In this document: one piece after another, positions 61,260-64,000 of the stretch
How the letters are laid out: every line of letters begins with the position of its first letter
Position numbering within the stretch: the stretch's first letter is position 1
Source of the DNA: Malacoraja senta
Taxonomy: Eukaryota
DNA: 64,000 nt
Reading direction: 5' to 3'
Assembly (NCBI GenBank): GCA_038087875.1
Contig: JAXLNO010000110.1
Span: 62,001 to 126,000, forward strand
The notes under the pieces: model-generated
Told to the model about the DNA's origin: nothing
Databases searched by the model: none
What the model saw: the letters and a program-made list of their open reading frames with translations, nothing else
Position numbers and translations under genes: made by a program

Positions 61260-62545
61260 TCATCTGCCGGGCATGTATTCCTGGCACAGGTCACCGCCCA
61301 GGTGTGGGCCGCAGGTGAGGGTGATCGAGTAGGTGACGCTACCGTGCTTCAGGTCACACAAGTGATCGCGGTGGCCGGCGGACAGGCGCACTTGGCACGA
61401 GCCGAGCAGGTCGTCCCAGAACTTGTCGCGGTCCCACACCTCGACCTTGAGCACAGTGTCGCCGGCGGGGCCGGGGGCCAGACTCACCTCGCCCAGGTCC
61501 AGGCTGACGTTCCACACGGGGTTGTCGTTGTTCCACACGACGGCAGTGGAGGCGTTGACAATGGCAGCGCCGCCTCCCGCCGGGCCACGCGCAGGCGCAC
61601 GAAGGCGTCGGTCTGCCATAACAAGTCGCCCCACAGCCCGCGACCCCGCTTGACCTCCGCCCGCAGCGCCCCCCAGCGCCGCCGGAGGGGGCAGCAGGCG
61701 GCGTTCACCCCCGGTTGCTCCTGGCAACGGCAGGTGCAGGGCCTAGTCGGGTCAGGATGGCCGCCCACCGGGCACGGCGAGCTCCCGACCCCGGAGCATT
61801 TATTCATCATCGCCCTGGCCTTCTCTCCCGCCTGCAGGATGTGGCGGCTGATGGCCGCCCTCAGCACACCCCGCCGCGGGTCGTTGGGGGGCAGCAGCAG
61901 GTGGAGCGGCTCCAGCGTGCGGTGCAGCACCCCCGGAAGCGCGGGCAGCGAGGACAGCCAGGAGGTGAAGGCCGAAGAGCCGCGGGGGGAAGAGGAGGAG
62001 GAGGAGGAGGAAGGTAGGGAGTTGGAGGAGGGGAAGGAGTTGTTGGAGGGGTTGTTGGAGGAGGAGGAGGGGAGGGAGTTGGAGGAGGAGATGGAGGAAT
62101 GTTTGGAGTTGGAGGCGGCGTCTGAGTCAGAAGTGTCATCGGAGGTAAATAAGAAGTTGGAGGAAGGTAAGGAGTCTTTGGAGGGGGGGTTGGAGATGGA
62201 GGAGGAGGACAGCAAGGAGAAGAAGGAGAAGATGGAAGAGGAGGGCGAGATGGACTCGTCTGAGGAGGGGGAGGAGGAGAAGGAATCAGAGGAGGGGGAG
62301 GAGGTAGAGAGGGAGGAGTTGGAGGAGAAGAAGAAGGAGTCAGAGGAGGAAGGTGGGTTGAAGAGGTTGTCCATGCTGCCTAGGCTGCCGCCCGTCACCT
62401 CCGTGAGGCGGTCACTGTAGGTCTGGTGGAAGGTCAGCTTGCCCTCCATCTTGCTGCGGTCTTGGCGGCAGCGTTGCTCCTTGGTGCCAGAGTCCACCTT
62501 GCCCGTCATCTTCATCTGCACCTCCGACTCTAGGCAGTCCTTCAC
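61260..62545 (-). CDS. prf1: Perforin-1-like, copy B, terminal exon (MACPF C-terminal part, EGF-like, C2); -1 frameshift near 61585
   Basis: Acceptor CTCTCCCCCAG|GTG; VKDCL, FHQTYSDRLTEVTGG, AFTSWLSSLP..PG....LEPLHLLL, Cys-rich EGF, GLWGD..TDAFV, VWNNDNPVW, LKVEVWDRD..DDLLG.C, C.PHLGG..C.EY. Confidence 0.93.
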
Positions 62546-63615
62546 CTGGGGGAGAGGGAGAGAGACGGGGGTGTGAGGGACGGTCAGGGGATGGAGGAAT
62601 GGAAAGAGAGAAAGAGGGATGAAGGAGCTGGGGGGGGGGGTGAAGGGGTGAAGAAGCATCAAGGGGGAGACAGGGGGGTGAGGGAGCGATCGGGGAGGAG
62701 AGAACGGTGCGGGAGTGCTGGGGGAGGGAGAGAGAAGAGTGAAGGAACGCCGAGGGAGAGAGAGAGGGGGGTGAAGGAGTGTGGAGAGGGTGAGGGAGCG
62801 TCAGGGGAGGAAGGGTGGGGGGGGGGGGGTGAGGGAGCACCGTGGGAGAGTGAGGAGTTTGGGGAAAGGGGTGAGGGAGGGGTCAGATTTAAGGTCGGGA
62901 TCTGTTAATATCTACCATTGGTGTCTGCCGTCATTGGGCCAGTCTGGCAGGGGTCAGGTGTTTGTGTCAAGGGTCATAGAACAGTAAAGCACAAGAACAG
63001 GCCCTTCGGCCCACAATGTTTGTGCTGAACAAGATCCCAAGACCAACTCTTCTCTCCTGCACACAATCCATATCCTTCTATTGCCTGATAGCCATGTGCT
63101 TATCCAAATTACGCCTCTTAAACACCACTATCGTATCTGCCTCCACCACCACCCCTGGCAGCACGTTCCAGGCGCCCACCATTCTCTGTGTAAAAATAAA
63201 CTTAATAAGATCATAAGTGAGAGGAGCAGAATTAGGCCATTCGGCTCCTCCATTCAACTCTGCCATTCAATCATGGCTGATCTACCTCTCCCTCCTAACC
63301 TCATTCTCCTGCCTTCTCCCCATAATCTCTGACACCCGTACTAATATAGAATCTATCTAGCTCTGCCTTTAATATATCCACTGACTTGGCCTCCACAGCC
63401 TTCTGTGGCACAGATTCACCACCTCTGACTAAAGAAATTCCTCATCATATCCTTCCTAAAAGAACGTCTTTTAATTCTGAGGCTGCGACCACTAGTCCAT
63501 GACTCTCCCACGAGTGGAGACATCCACTCTATCCAGGAGTTCCGACCCAAAAAGTCACCTATCCTTTTTCCCCAGAGATGCTGCCCGACCCGTTGAGTTA
63601 TTCCAGCATTTTGTG

Positions 63616-64000
63616 CCTATCATTTCTGGTAAACCTCCTCTGCACTCTTTCCAAAGCCTCCACATCCTTCCTGTAATGGGGTGACCAGAACTGCGCCCAA
63701 TGTTCTCAGTATGGCCTGACCAAAGTGCTATAGAACTGCATCATGATTTCCTGACTCTTGTGCTCAAGGCACTGACTTATGAAAGCAAACATATTATAGG
63801 TCTTTACCACTCTATCTACCTGTGTAGCCACTTTCAGGGTGTTACAGACTTGGGCCCCAAGATCCCTCTGTACATCAATGCTGTTAAGGGCTATGCCATT
63901 AATTGTACACCAGCCCCCCCTCCCCCCCCCCGACTGCCTTACCTTTGACCTCTCTGCAGTGCCTCACACTTGCTCAGATCAGAAATCCACAAGTTCTAGG
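63616..64000 (-). repeat. Outer arm of inverted duplication (matches 51598-52080)
   Basis: Reverse complement CCTAGAACTTGTGGATTTCTGATCTGAGCAAG..AGAAATGATAGG aligns to the intron of copy A, with substitutions and indels. Confidence 0.9.

Noticed and set aside
61302..62420. 372-aa Glu-rich ORF on the + strand
   Set aside because: Antisense shadow of the perforin exon; the Glu runs are the complement of Ser (TCC) codons.
47543..62545. One perforin gene split by a simple contig inversion, or trans-splicing
   Set aside because: Intron and downstream sequences occur twice in inverted, diverged form, which favours two copies; allelic misjoin is not fully excluded.

Overview
Eukaryotic, repeat-dense genomic DNA, most likely from a cartilaginous fish (skate/ray-like, inferred from abundant HE1-type V-SINEs and their CR1/HER1 partner LINE). 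About 1-12.7 kb is a locally triplicated patchwork of Penelope, CR1, Rex1/Babar and SINE fragments. About 12.7-40.1 kb is a deep stack of nested mobile elements: non-autonomous Helitrons, a 4-kb non-autonomous ERV with apparently identical 517-bp LTRs inside a SINE, and an old L1 carrying a MITE, a Helitron and a full-length L1 that itself carries a complete DIRS1-type element. The only host gene is perforin (MACPF-EGF-C2). It is present as two inverted, tail-to-tail copies on the arms of a large palindrome that straddles a 200-N assembly gap: the 5' coding exon of one copy (+, 47543-48314) and the 3' exon of the other (-, 62545-61260). The 3' exon carries an in-frame Ser-rich insertion of about 120 aa inside the MACPF domain. 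All family assignments come from motif recognition by eye; no database searches were run.
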